A stretch of 64,000 nt of DNA from Bacteroidota bacterium (GCA_005772895.1 SXIH01000038.1:42941-106940); one strand, 5' to 3'; shown: positions 20,228-30,008, counted from the first letter of the stretch. A program made the numbers and translations. Notes: generated by a model from the letters alone, not told the origin.

Positions 20228-21319
20228 ATGAAAAAAATTTACTTATTATCAAGCACATTGTTGTTGTCATTAGCAGCAGTTGCTCAAACACCAGAAGTAG
20301 GAAAAGCAAATCCTATTGCTGCTAAACCATTTGCTCATGTTATTCCTACTGACAGAACTTTTGTTTGTGGAGATACTGCAGGATGGCAAAATTTTACTGA
20401 TTTTACTCCTGAATTTGCTGCTATAAGCGGTGGTGCCGTTATTTATGGTTACACTGGTGGTGGTTATATTTATGGAAATAATGTTAGTACAAACATTTTA
20501 AGAATTTGTGGACAAGGATATCAAAATTTAAATTTAGATCCTTTAAGCATTAGTGGAGTTGTATTATGGTTTGGAGGAAAAGAAAGCGATATGGGAAGTT
20601 CAGGAACATCAAAAGTTGTAATTACTGCATTTGATGTAATTGCAAACAGATCTAGAAACACTAATGGTAGCGGTACTTTTAATTCAACTGTTAACAACTG
20701 GCCTGGACCAGCAACTACAGCAAAATGTTCTGCAGATCTTCTTTTTTCAGATGTTGATACTCTTGCCTTCAATTATGTTCCATTTTTAACTCCTGCAAAT
20801 TTCACTGGTGATTTTTGTGTTGTAATGGATGTTACTTCTTTAGCTGCTGGTGATACTGTAGGTTTAGTAAGTGATGGACAAAATGATGCTCAAAACTTAG
20901 ATTATACTTGGCACAAAATCGGGTCAAACTGGTATGTAACTGACCAATTATTCTCTAACCCAGCTGGTCCGGATTTCGGTTCTGGAGGATTAGATAACGA
21001 TATCGCTATGTGGCCAGTTGTTTGTGACCCAGTTAGTGGTGTTTCTGAATTCTACAACGGAATGAAATTAACTACATTCCCTAACCCTGCTGTAAACTCA
21101 ACAGTTATTGAATATACTTTAGAGCAAAATTCTAAAAATGTTAGTCTTGTTGTTTTTGATTTAACAGGTCGTAAACTAATCAACAACGTTTATGAAGAGC
21201 AAAACGCAGGCACTTACAAAGTAAATTTAGCTACTGAAAATTTAGCTGCTGGTTCTTATTTGTATCAATTAAATGCAAATGGATACAGATTTACAAAGCA
21301 ATTTGTAGTAAGTAAATAA
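20228..21319 (+). CDS. Secreted protein with a T9SS type-A C-terminal sorting domain (paralog)
   Basis: 363 aa starting MKKIYLLSSTLLLSLAAVAQ. The C-terminus reads VVFDLTGRKL...GSYLYQLNANG...KQFVVSK. Confidence 0.6.
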   Translation: MKKIYLLSSTLLLSLAAVAQTPEVGKANPIAAKPFAHVIPTDRTFVCGDTAGWQNFTDFTPEFAAISGGAVIYGYTGGGYIYGNNVSTNILRICGQGYQNLNLDPLSISGVVLWFGGKESDMGSSGTSKVVITAFDVIANRSRNTNGSGTFNSTVNNWPGPATTAKCSADLLFSDVDTLAFNYVPFLTPANFTGDFCVVMDVTSLAAGDTVGLVSDGQNDAQNLDYTWHKIGSNWYVTDQLFSNPAGPDFGSGGLDNDIAMWPVVCDPVSGVSEFYNGMKLTTFPNPAVNSTVIEYTLEQNSKNVSLVVFDLTGRKLINNVYEEQNAGTYKVNLATENLAAGSYLYQLNANGYRFTKQFVVSK

Positions 21320-21341
21320 TATAGATAAATAAATTTTAATG

Positions 21342-21376
21342 AAGCCTGGGCAATAGTTGTCCGGGCTTTATTTTTT
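21342..21376 (+). terminator. Rho-independent terminator hairpin (aagcctggg...cccgggctt + tattttttattt)
   Basis: Stem containing one G-U pair, followed by a U-tract after the stop at 21319. Confidence 0.5.
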
Positions 21377-21504
21377 ATTTACTAGGGATAAAAAATATTG
21401 CCCAAGACGATAAATGTCTGGACTTTCTATTGTTTTTTATATTTAAATAGTTTAATTTTAATACTTAATTATCTCCTGCGAGTGCAGGACTAAAACCTGA
21501 AAAA

Positions 21505-23406
21505 ATGAAAAAAATTTACCTTCTAACACTTTTTGTTTTTGTGTCTGCTAGTGTTTGGGCACAAAAAAGTGTATCTACCATGAATGCTGCAAATGCAGTT
21601 ATGACTACAGCTTCTGAAGAAGTGGTAGCTATTCCAGAACCAAATAACAGAGCACCCTTCGATATAATTTGGTCGCAAGATTTTGGGTCTACAGGAATTG
21701 GAAGTATTCCTACAGGTTGGACACAAGCCGGAGCGAATCAAATTTGGAAAAAAACTATGATTGGTTCAACAGGATGTTTTGCTGGAGCAACCCCACCAAC
21801 TTTGGCTTCACCAACGGCTTCAAATGGCGTGTTGATTTATGATGCAGATTCTTTAAATGAAGCTGTTACTGGTGATTGTACTGGCGCTACGTATGCTGCT
21901 TTGTCAGGAGAAGTAATTAGTGAAACAATTGATTTAACAGGTGAGCCAAATGTTAGATTGGAATTCAGACAATATTTTAGATTGTGTTGTTCTCCATCTA
22001 CCACTTTTTTAACTGTTTCTGTTAGTGGAGATGGTGGTGGAACTTGGACAGATTATGAAGCAAAAGGTACTACAGGAATTAACAGCTATAATCCAAATGG
22101 TCAACTTTACTCTGTAAATGTTAGCTCTGCAATTGGTGGATCTAACAATGTGAAAGTAAAATTTAAATTTGATAGTGGTCTAGGAGTTTATTTTTGGCAA
22201 ATAGATGATATTAAAATTATTGAAGGACCTTTGAACGATGTGAAATTAGAGCGTACTTATGCTGATTTCAGTTATACTGATGGTGGATTCTATACACAAA
22301 CACCAGCAGGACAAGTTGCTCCAATTGGTTTTAGAGGTGCAATTTTAAATGATGGTTTTCAAGCACAAACTACAGTTAATATGAATGTGAGTGTTACTGG
22401 TCCAGGAACATATAGCCAGAACAGTAATACCATTACCTCTTTTCCGCTTTATTCAAGAGATACACTTTTAATTACTACACCAACATTTGATCCCGTTACT
22501 GTTGGAACATATAGCATTGTTTATAACGTATCTCAAGTTGAAACGGATGAATTAATTTCCAATAATGCAGATACTGTTTCAATAAAAGTTTCTGATACAG
22601 TGTATGCACGAGATTATGGTATTATTGGTACTGGAATCACTAATTCATTAAGTCCTTCTGATTATGTTGGTGGTGATGTGGATGGTTCTCAAGTAGCTAC
22701 ATTATACGAATTTCCTGCAGCTGGAACAATTACTACTGCATCTGCTTATATTGCAAATTCTACTCAAAATGGTGCATCATTTGATTTTGTTTTATACAAC
22801 ATTGATGGAACAGGTTCTTTTGTAGAAGTTGCTACATCGGATATTTATGTAGTATCAACCAATGCAGATAAAAATAAATGGGTAACAATGCCTTTCATAA
22901 CTCCAGGTGGCCCATACCCAGTATTAGCTGCAGAAACGTATGTAATTGCTGTAAGAGTTTATGGTGCTCCAGGATTTGACTTAGATATTTTAAACGATTT
23001 AACATTGGAAGGAACTCAACCTCCACAAACTTCATTTGTAGATGCAGGTGGCACAGGAACTTGGGGATGGATTCAAAAAGCCCCTTTCTTGCATTTAAAT
23101 CTTGAAGCAATTAATATTGGAATTAATGAGAAGGATATTCAAAATGCAGTTCTTCACCAAAATATTCCAAACCCTGCGGTTGAAACAACTACAGTTAATT
23201 TCCAAATTGTAAAAGCAAACGAAGTTTCTTTAGCTCTTTATGATGTTACAGGAAAATTAATTAAATCAATTAACGAAGGAAATTTATCTGCAGGAATGCA
23301 TACAATTACTTTGGAAACATCCACTATCGATGCTGGAGTTTATTTCTATACTTTAACAGTTGGAGATCAAATCTTGACAAAGAAAATGACGATTATGAAA
23401 AACTAA
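21505..23406 (+). CDS. Secreted protein with a T9SS type-A C-terminal sorting domain (paralog, 633 aa)
   Basis: Starts MKKIYLLTLFVFVSASVWAQ. The C-terminus reads LALYDVTGKLI...GVYFYTLTVGDQ...KKMTIMKN. Confidence 0.6.
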   Translation: MKKIYLLTLFVFVSASVWAQKSVSTMNAANAVMTTASEEVVAIPEPNNRAPFDIIWSQDFGSTGIGSIPTGWTQAGANQIWKKTMIGSTGCFAGATPPTLASPTASNGVLIYDADSLNEAVTGDCTGATYAALSGEVISETIDLTGEPNVRLEFRQYFRLCCSPSTTFLTVSVSGDGGGTWTDYEAKGTTGINSYNPNGQLYSVNVSSAIGGSNNVKVKFKFDSGLGVYFWQIDDIKIIEGPLNDVKLERTYADFSYTDGGFYTQTPAGQVAPIGFRGAILNDGFQAQTTVNMNVSVTGPGTYSQNSNTITSFPLYSRDTLLITTPTFDPVTVGTYSIVYNVSQVETDELISNNADTVSIKVSDTVYARDYGIIGTGITNSLSPSDYVGGDVDGSQVATLYEFPAAGTITTASAYIANSTQNGASFDFVLYNIDGTGSFVEVATSDIYVVSTNADKNKWVTMPFITPGGPYPVLAAETYVIAVRVYGAPGFDLDILNDLTLEGTQPPQTSFVDAGGTGTWGWIQKAPFLHLNLEAINIGINEKDIQNAVLHQNIPNPAVETTTVNFQIVKANEVSLALYDVTGKLIKSINEGNLSAGMHTITLETSTIDAGVYFYTLTVGDQILTKKMTIMKN

Positions 23407-23429
23407 AAATTTCAGTATTAAAAATAAAA

Positions 23430-23468
23430 AACGGGCTCAACAAATTTGTTGAGCCCGTTTTTTTTATA
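23430..23468. terminator. Bidirectional rho-independent terminator (acgggctcaacaaatttgttgagcccgt + T8)
   Basis: Perfect 10-bp stem flanked by an A-tract and a T-tract, between the convergent genes ending at 23406 (+) and 23479 (-). Confidence 0.65.
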
Positions 23469-23478
23469 AAACAATAAA

Positions 23479-24231
23479 TTAAAATTTTGTTTTTAAATCT
23501 TTCATGAATTTTGTAGCATAAACAAAATCACAAACTTCTTGATTGTCTGTTTTTAAAATCTCCTGTTTACTTCCTTGCCACCAATTATCGCCTTTGTAAA
23601 TAAACATAATGTTATCACCAATTTCGATAACAGAATTCATATCATGAGTAATGACCACAGTGGTGATAACGTACTCATCGGTAATTTCTTTTATTAAATT
23701 ATCTATTACAATGGACGTTTTAGGATCGAGTCCGGAGTTTGGTTCATCACAAAACAAATACTTAGGTTGCACAGCTATAGCTCTGGCAATAGCAACCCGT
23801 TTTTTCATTCCCCCGCTTAATTCAGATGGATATAAATTGTTTGCATTTGGAAGGTTTACTCTTTGCAAACAAAAATTTGCTCTGTCGCGTTTTTCAGTTT
23901 CAGTCATATCAGTAAACATTGATAATGGGAAAACTACATTTTCTTCAACATTTTTCGAGTCAAACAATGCACCTCCTTGAAACAGCATTCCAATTTCTTT
24001 TCTGATTTCTTTTTTGCCTTTAAAATCCAGTTCGTAAAAATTTCTTCCGTTGAATAGTACTTCACCGCTATCCACTTCATTTAAACCTACCATGCACTTT
24101 AATAAGGTAGTTTTTCCAGAACCGCTTTCACCGATAATCATATTTGTTTTTCCCTGCTCAAAAGTGAAAGAGATTTCGTTCAGGACTTTTCGCTCCGAAA
24201 AAGATTTCGATATGTTATTAATTTGTATCAA
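23479..24231 (-). CDS. ABC transporter ATP-binding protein (MlaF/Ttg2A-like)
   Basis: 250 aa with Walker A GESGSGKTT, the LSGGM signature and a Walker B motif. Confidence 0.7.
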   Translation of the reverse strand: MIQINNISKSFSERKVLNEISFTFEQGKTNMIIGESGSGKTTLLKCMVGLNEVDSGEVLFNGRNFYELDFKGKKEIRKEIGMLFQGGALFDSKNVEENVVFPLSMFTDMTETEKRDRANFCLQRVNLPNANNLYPSELSGGMKKRVAIARAIAVQPKYLFCDEPNSGLDPKTSIVIDNLIKEITDEYVITTVVITHDMNSVIEIGDNIMFIYKGDNWWQGSKQEILKTDNQEVCDFVYATKFMKDLKTKF

Positions 24232-24968
24232 ACGAGTAAAACCTGAGTTAAAATTAAATCGAAAGTAAGAATCAAAACGCTTGTATAAACTACGCCTTTT
24301 GTACTTGATCGCCCTACTTCGAGTGCACCCCCTTTGGTATAGTATCCGTGATACGCAGGAACAGACGCAATCAAAAATGCGAAAACAGCCGTTTTAATCA
24401 AAGCATAAATAACATTGAATGGCCTGAATTCATAAGTAATACCTAAAATATAATCGAAATCCGTAACCACTCCGGCCATTAAACCAAAAACGTATCCTCC
24501 AAGTATTCCAAGGAACATAGAGAAGATGATTAAAATTGGATTAAATAATACGGATGCTATAATTTTAGGAAGAATTAAATAACCTGCCGAATTGATTCCC
24601 ATTATTTCCAGAGCATCAATTTGTTCGGTAACTCTCATTGTTCCTATTTCGGAGGCGATGCTGGAACCAATTTTCCCTGCTAAAATTAAACTTACAATTG
24701 CTGGAGAGAATTCCAAGATCATTGAATCACGAACGGCAACACCAACAGCGTATTGAGGGATAAGCGGACTTTCAAAATTGAATGCAGTTTGTATGGTAAT
24801 TACTGCACCCATAAACACCGAAATAATGGCTACAATTCCTAAAGAGCCAATACCAAGGGAATTCATTTCTTCAAAAATTCGTTGACGATAGATGGCACGT
24901 TTTTCGGGTTTCCCAAAAGCACGTTTCATTAGAATATAATATTGACCGAAGTGAAAAAATATATTCAT
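24228..24968 (-). CDS. ABC transporter permease (MlaE/Ttg2B-like)
   Basis: 246 aa. The N-terminus (FGQYYILMKRAFGKPEKRAIYRQRIFEEM...GIGSLGIV) is typical of the MlaE family. It overlaps the ATPase gene by 4 nt. Confidence 0.7.
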   Translation of the reverse strand: MNIFFHFGQYYILMKRAFGKPEKRAIYRQRIFEEMNSLGIGSLGIVAIISVFMGAVITIQTAFNFESPLIPQYAVGVAVRDSMILEFSPAIVSLILAGKIGSSIASEIGTMRVTEQIDALEIMGINSAGYLILPKIIASVLFNPILIIFSMFLGILGGYVFGLMAGVVTDFDYILGITYEFRPFNVIYALIKTAVFAFLIASVPAYHGYYTKGGALEVGRSSTKGVVYTSVLILTFDLILTQVLLV

Positions 24969-25075
24969 TTAGTTATTGAGCCAATTTTTATTTGAATTTA
25001 GGGTTAAAAATAAGAATAATTGACCACAAATGATGTGTTTTGTTTTTGCTATCTTTGTATATCAATCTCTGCAAC

Positions 25076-25225
25076 ATGTACAATCATTTTCAAAAAGTAA
25101 TAAAACTTATCGTATTACTTGTTTTTATTACTTTATTTTCCAGCTGCTTTGCAACACGCAAAAAAAATAGGTGTGGCGATTGCCCTAAATGGAAAATGGA
25201 AATCATTGACCTTTTTACAAAGTAA
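25076..25225 (+). CDS. Possible small lipoprotein (49 aa)
   Basis: Encodes MYNHFQKVIKLIVLLVFITLFSSC followed by ...CGDCPKW. It is the internal start of track ORF 25040..25225. Weak call. Confidence 0.2.
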   Translation: MYNHFQKVIKLIVLLVFITLFSSCFATRKKNRCGDCPKWKMEIIDLFTK

Positions 25226-25306
25226 AATCATCTCTGAATTGTCCAAATCCCATAAAATACCATATTTTAGGTATCGGTTTAATCACATTTTGGCTTAAAA
25301 AATACG

Positions 25307-25314
25307 TACTTTTG
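25307..25314 (+). promoter_or_regulatory. Putative -7 element (TACTTTTG) for feoAB
   Basis: It matches TAnnTTTG and sits about 10 nt upstream of the feoA ATG at 25324. Confidence 0.3.
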
Positions 25315-25323
25315 GTATCAACA

Positions 25324-25575
25324 ATGTCAAACACAAAAGCTTTGAAAAATTTAGCACAATTAAAAATAGGACAAAGTGCCATAATTGATTCGTTTACCGA
25401 TAAACAGATGGCTTTGAAACTATTGGAAATGGGTTGCACTCCTGGCGAGATTGTGAAACTCGACCGAATAGCTCCGCTTGGTGATCCGATTGCTATTTCT
25501 GTTGCCGGATATTTGTTAAGTTTGCGTATAGCAGAGGCTTCCACCGTACTTGTTTCTCCTATTCCTGCTGTCTAA
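25324..25575 (+). CDS. feoA: Ferrous iron transport protein A
   Basis: 83 aa FeoA SH3-like protein (L..L..G..A.I..... GCTPGEIV). The track start 25312 is TTG inside the putative -7 box, so ATG 25324 is preferred. Confidence 0.7.
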   Translation: MSNTKALKNLAQLKIGQSAIIDSFTDKQMALKLLEMGCTPGEIVKLDRIAPLGDPIAISVAGYLLSLRIAEASTVLVSPIPAV

Positions 25576-25586
25576 CCCATTTTGTT

Positions 25587-27731
25587 TTGGATTCAAACGC
25601 ATCTTTCGTTCACTTTTCTGATAAAACAACTGTAAAAGTTGCTCTTGTTGGAAACCCCAACAGTGGCAAGTCCACTTTATTTAATGCACTTACAGGCTTA
25701 AATCAAAAAACGGGAAATTTTCCTGGAGTTACTGTCGATAAAAAATCGGGTTTTGCCAAATTAAATTCAACAATTACTGCCGAATTTATTGATTTACCTG
25801 GAACTTATAGTTTATACCCCAAATCGCTTGATGAACGGGTTGCTTTTGAAGTGCTTTGTAATAGTGAAAATGCCCACCATCCCGATGTAACAGTTATTGT
25901 TGCGGATGCCAGTAATCTAAAACGAAATTTGTTTTTAGTTTCTCAAATCATTGATTTAAAAATTCCTGTTATTCTTGCACTCAATATGATGGATATGGTG
26001 GAGAAAGAAGGCGATGCGATTGATGTTATTCGGTTATCCGAAAAATTGGGAGTAAAAGTTGTTGGAATTAGTGCAAGAAACAAAGAGGGGGTTGAAGAAC
26101 TCAAACAAGCTTTGTTACAACCATTGCCGGTACCGCAGTATGACTTTATCGACATTCATAAAATTGCTCCCGAAGCAATTGATAAAATAAAATCTGTATT
26201 AAAAGTAAAAAGCGATTTTTCTGCTTTTCAAATTGCAAACAATCTTTCAGATATTAATTATTTGCATAATAAAGAAATGCAAATAAAAATTACCGATGCT
26301 CTTAATACTTTAATCATTGATAAAAATAAACTACAATCATTAGAAAGTGTTGAACGGTACAAAACAATTAACCGCATTGTTGAAGAATGCATTACTCGTA
26401 AATCAGCAATAAAAACACAATCGTTCACTCAAAAATTAGATAGTGTTTTAACACATAGAATTTGGGGTTATGCTATTTTTTTAGTGGTGCTTTTTCTGAT
26501 ATTTCAAGCTATTTTTTTTCTTGCAGCTTTTCCAATGGAATGGATTGAAAGCTTATTTATTTCTATTTCTGAAATAACTGCAAATGTTTTACCGCAAGGA
26601 GAACTTAGTAATTTATTGGTAAACGGAATAATAGCAGGATTGAGTGGAGTAGTAGTATTTGTCCCGCAAATAGCATTACTTTTTGCTTTTATTGCCATTT
26701 TAGAGGATACGGGCTATATGGCACGTGTGAGTTTTATTATGGATAAACTTATGCGAAGATTCGGATTAAACGGTCGCTCTGTTATTCCATTGATAAGCGG
26801 AGTTGCTTGTGCTGTGCCTGCTATTATGAGTGCACGTACCATCAGTAGCTGGAAAGAACGCATCATTACTATTTTTGTAACACCATTAATGAGTTGTTCT
26901 GCACGACTTCCTGTTTATACACTTTTGATTTCATTAGTTGTTCCACAAGATAAAAATTCGGGATTTTTTAATTATCAAGGGTTGATATTGATGGCTTTGT
27001 ATTTGATTGGATTTATTGCTGCAATCGGATCTGCATGGGTGATGAAATGGATTTTAAAAGCAAAAGAAAAAAGTTATTTTATTATGGAGCTGCCTGTGTA
27101 CCGTACCCCACAGTGGCGTACGGTCGGACTAACAATTTACGATAAAGTAAAATTATTTTTGTTTGACGCGGGAAAAATTATTGTTGCAATTTCTATCATC
27201 CTTTGGTTTTTATCTTCACATGCACCTGGAAATAAATTTGATGAGATTGAAAAAAAATATCAAGACTATAGTTTCAGGGGAGATTTAAATCAAGATGAGA
27301 TAGCAGCAAAAATTTCATCCGAAAAATTAGAGGTATCCTATGCAGGAATGCTTGGAAAATCTATAGAACCCGCCATCAAACCTTTAGGATTTGACTGGAA
27401 AATTGGAATTTCTTTGGTTACATCATTTGCTGCACGTGAAGTATTTGTAGGAACAATGGCAACTATTTACAGCGCAGGAAATACCGACAATACACAAAGC
27501 ATAAGAGAGAAAATGCAAGCAGAAAAAGATCCGGAAACAGGAAAACCAAAATATTCAATTGCTGTAGGATTTTCATTAATGATTTTTTATGCCTTCGCAA
27601 TGCAATGTATGAGTACACTTGCGGTAGTATACAGAGAAACAAAAAGCTGGAAATGGCCGACTGTGCAATTCTTCTTTATGGGAGCACTAGCTTATGTTTC
27701 TAGTTTTATTGTTTATCAATTGTTGAAATAA
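25587..27731 (+). CDS. feoB: Ferrous iron transport protein B
   Basis: 714 aa with an N-terminal G-domain (VALVGNPNSGKSTLFNALTG) and polytopic membrane domains. The start is TTG as read from the display, so the exact start is uncertain. Confidence 0.9.
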   Translation: MDSNASFVHFSDKTTVKVALVGNPNSGKSTLFNALTGLNQKTGNFPGVTVDKKSGFAKLNSTITAEFIDLPGTYSLYPKSLDERVAFEVLCNSENAHHPDVTVIVADASNLKRNLFLVSQIIDLKIPVILALNMMDMVEKEGDAIDVIRLSEKLGVKVVGISARNKEGVEELKQALLQPLPVPQYDFIDIHKIAPEAIDKIKSVLKVKSDFSAFQIANNLSDINYLHNKEMQIKITDALNTLIIDKNKLQSLESVERYKTINRIVEECITRKSAIKTQSFTQKLDSVLTHRIWGYAIFLVVLFLIFQAIFFLAAFPMEWIESLFISISEITANVLPQGELSNLLVNGIIAGLSGVVVFVPQIALLFAFIAILEDTGYMARVSFIMDKLMRRFGLNGRSVIPLISGVACAVPAIMSARTISSWKERIITIFVTPLMSCSARLPVYTLLISLVVPQDKNSGFFNYQGLILMALYLIGFIAAIGSAWVMKWILKAKEKSYFIMELPVYRTPQWRTVGLTIYDKVKLFLFDAGKIIVAISIILWFLSSHAPGNKFDEIEKKYQDYSFRGDLNQDEIAAKISSEKLEVSYAGMLGKSIEPAIKPLGFDWKIGISLVTSFAAREVFVGTMATIYSAGNTDNTQSIREKMQAEKDPETGKPKYSIAVGFSLMIFYAFAMQCMSTLAVVYRETKSWKWPTVQFFFMGALAYVSSFIVYQLLK

Positions 27732-27735
27732 ACAC

Positions 27736-27808
27736 TACGAATTACGAAATTTTTCGAATTACGAATCTATACAATGATTATTTTTGAGTAATAATTCGTA
27801 ATTCGTAG
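27736..27808. repeat. TTCGTAATTCG-family repeat cluster with a perfect 14-bp inverted repeat (ctacgaattacgaa ... ttcgtaattcgtag)
   Basis: Two direct copies (27736..27749 and 27755..27766) plus an inverted copy (27795..27808), lying between feoB and the SprT-like gene. Confidence 0.7.
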
Positions 27809-27812
27809 AAAA

Positions 27813-28472
27813 GTGAATCAACTCGAACGTAACCAATCCATTCTTAATAAATATATTCCGGAAAAGGCTGTTCCCGTTATTTCCGAATGGATTTACAAAT
27901 TCGATTTCAAATTAAAAATAAAAAAGAGTCGTAGTTCTAAGTATGGTGATTATAGGCCACCTGTAAAAGGAGAAAATCATTTGATTACAATTAATTACGA
28001 TATGAACAAGTATGCTTTTTTAATTACACTTGTTCATGAAATTGCTCATTTATCTACTTACAACAAGCATAAGGATAGTGTAAAACCGCATGGAGAAGAA
28101 TGGAAATTACATTATAAATTATTAATGCAGCAATTTTTAATTCCAGATATTTTTCCTGTAGATGTCATCACAGCATTAAGAAAATACATGAATAATCCGG
28201 CTGCATCCAGTTGTTCGGATACAAATTTATTGAGGCTCCTTAAAAATTACGATAATAAACAAGATATTGTGCTTTTAGAAGATATTCCGGTAGGTTCAAC
28301 CTTTTCTTATAATAACAACAGACACTTTATAAAAGGCCCTCAATCGCGAAAACGCATCAAATGTACAGATGTTAATACCAAAGCGACCTATCTATTCAAC
28401 CCCATAACAGAAGTATTGGTAATTCATACACCTTTGTTTGCCGAAAATAAGGCAAAAATCACCAACAATTAA
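27813..28472 (+). CDS. SprT-like zinc-metallopeptidase domain protein
   Basis: 219 aa with an HEIAH motif in an SprT-like context. GTG start. Confidence 0.5.
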   Translation: MNQLERNQSILNKYIPEKAVPVISEWIYKFDFKLKIKKSRSSKYGDYRPPVKGENHLITINYDMNKYAFLITLVHEIAHLSTYNKHKDSVKPHGEEWKLHYKLLMQQFLIPDIFPVDVITALRKYMNNPAASSCSDTNLLRLLKNYDNKQDIVLLEDIPVGSTFSYNNNRHFIKGPQSRKRIKCTDVNTKATYLFNPITEVLVIHTPLFAENKAKITNN

Positions 28473-28505
28473 TCAACAAATAAGCACAAGGTATTGGGTT
28501 TTTGT

Positions 28506-28513
28506 TAAATTTG
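28506..28513 (+). promoter_or_regulatory. Putative -7 element (TAAATTTG) for the aminotransferase gene
   Basis: It matches TAnnTTTG and sits 47 nt upstream of the ATG at 28560. Confidence 0.3.
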
Positions 28514-28559
28514 TTTATCACAATAAATACCAATTAATAATGCTTAAAAATTTTACATT

Positions 28560-29852
28560 ATGAGTGCAAATACAATGGAAAAAAACATCGATTTGAAAGT
28601 ATCAAAACTGGCTCAGAATATTATCGGGTCGGAAATTATAAAGTTGGCTGCTGAGGTGAATGAAAAGATTAAACAAGGCGAGAAAGTTTATAATTTTACT
28701 ATCGGTGATTTTAACCCAAAGATTTTTCCTATTCCTGCTGAATTAAAAACAGCAATCATTGCAGCTTATGAAGATGATCAAACAAATTATCCGGCAGCGG
28801 ATGGAATGTTGGAATTGCGTCAATCGGTTGCAAAACTTTTAAAAGAACGCGGTAATTTAGATTATAAAACGGATGAGATAGTGATTGCTGGAGGAGCTCG
28901 TCCTGTAATTTATGCAATTTTTAAAGCATTGGTGGATGAAGGTGATACTGTTGTTTTTCCGGTTCCATCATGGAACAATAATCACTACACGTATTTAAAC
29001 AATGCAAAACCGGTGTTGATTGAAACAACTCCCGAAAATAAATTTATGCCTACTGCAGCTGATTTAAAACCTTATATCAGTTCTGCTAATTTAATTGCAT
29101 TGTGTTCTCCTTTGAATCCAACGGGAACAACTTTCCGTAAAAAAGATCTGGAAGAAATTTGTGATATGATTTTGGAGGAAAATGAAAAACGTACACTCGC
29201 AAATAAAAAACATTTGTATTTAATGTACGATCAAATTTATTGGGAATTAACTTTTGGAGATACTAAACATTATAATCCTGTATCACTTCGTCCGGAAATG
29301 AAAAATTATACGGTGTTTGTTGATGGAATTTCTAAATCTTTGTCGGCAACCGGAGTGAGAGTAGGTTGGAGTATGGGTCCGAAAAAAATCATTGAAAAAA
29401 TGAAATCCATTTTAACGCATGTTGGAGCTTGGGCTCCGAAAGCTGAACAAATGGCAACAGCGACATATTTGAATGATTTAAATACTTACGAAAGTTTTTT
29501 AACTAATACCAAAACAAAAATTAACGATCGTTTAGTTGGAATTTACAAAGGATTTCAAAGTTTAAAAGCAGAAGGATTTAAAATAGATGCCATTGCTCCG
29601 GAAGCAGCTATTTATTTAACCGTGCAGTTTGCGTTGCATGGAAAAACAAAAGCGGATGGAACAGTTCTGAAAACAACACAGGATGTTACCAAATATATTT
29701 TGGATGAAGCAAAAGTTGCATTGGTGCCTTTTTATGCATTTGGTGCTTCTGATGATTCAAACTGGTATCGTTTGTCGGTTGGAACTTGTAAAGTAGAAGA
29801 GATTGAAGCGGTGATTGAAAGTTTGAGAAGTGCATTAAAGAAACTTAAGTAG
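28560..29852 (+). CDS. Pyridoxal-phosphate-dependent aminotransferase, class I/II
   Basis: 430 aa with aspartate/aromatic aminotransferase-like blocks and the PLP-lysine region (SKS...GVRVGW). Confidence 0.6.
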   Translation: MSANTMEKNIDLKVSKLAQNIIGSEIIKLAAEVNEKIKQGEKVYNFTIGDFNPKIFPIPAELKTAIIAAYEDDQTNYPAADGMLELRQSVAKLLKERGNLDYKTDEIVIAGGARPVIYAIFKALVDEGDTVVFPVPSWNNNHYTYLNNAKPVLIETTPENKFMPTAADLKPYISSANLIALCSPLNPTGTTFRKKDLEEICDMILEENEKRTLANKKHLYLMYDQIYWELTFGDTKHYNPVSLRPEMKNYTVFVDGISKSLSATGVRVGWSMGPKKIIEKMKSILTHVGAWAPKAEQMATATYLNDLNTYESFLTNTKTKINDRLVGIYKGFQSLKAEGFKIDAIAPEAAIYLTVQFALHGKTKADGTVLKTTQDVTKYILDEAKVALVPFYAFGASDDSNWYRLSVGTCKVEEIEAVIESLRSALKKLK

Positions 29853-29854
29853 CC

Positions 29855-30004
29855 CCAACGAATTACTAAAAAAAAGTACGAAAAATACGAAATACAAATC
29901 CAAGAGCTGTATTATCTAATCGACAATTTGTTATTCGTATATTTCGTAAAAATTCGTAATTCGATGGAGTCGATTGTAGTGTGTTATTAATTCGTAATTC
30001 GTAG
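29855..30004. repeat. TTCGTAATTCG-family repeat cluster (degenerate and intact copies)
   Basis: Intact copies attcgtaattcga at 29952..29964 and ttcgtaattcgtag at 29991..30004, plus degenerate acgaattac / tacgaaa units at 29858..29900. Confidence 0.6.
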
Positions 30005-30008
30005 TTTT

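Noticed and set aside
21470-21490. Small hairpin tcctgc-gagt-gcagga 15 nt upstream of the third T9SS gene start as a regulatory element
   Set aside because: Only a 6-bp stem with no conservation upstream of the two paralogs. Likely incidental.
25215-25544. Minus-strand ORF (109 aa) overlapping feoA
   Set aside because: It is antisense to a clearly conserved FeoA gene with a promoter-like element. No motif support.
27714-27731. Apparent 1-nt discrepancy at the feoB 3' end (I read caatttg in the displayed sequence where the track translation YQLLK* implies caattg), which would suggest a frameshift or pseudogene
   Set aside because: Display and track agree again at 27813. I treat this as my own reading error. 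feoB is kept as intact with the track coordinates.
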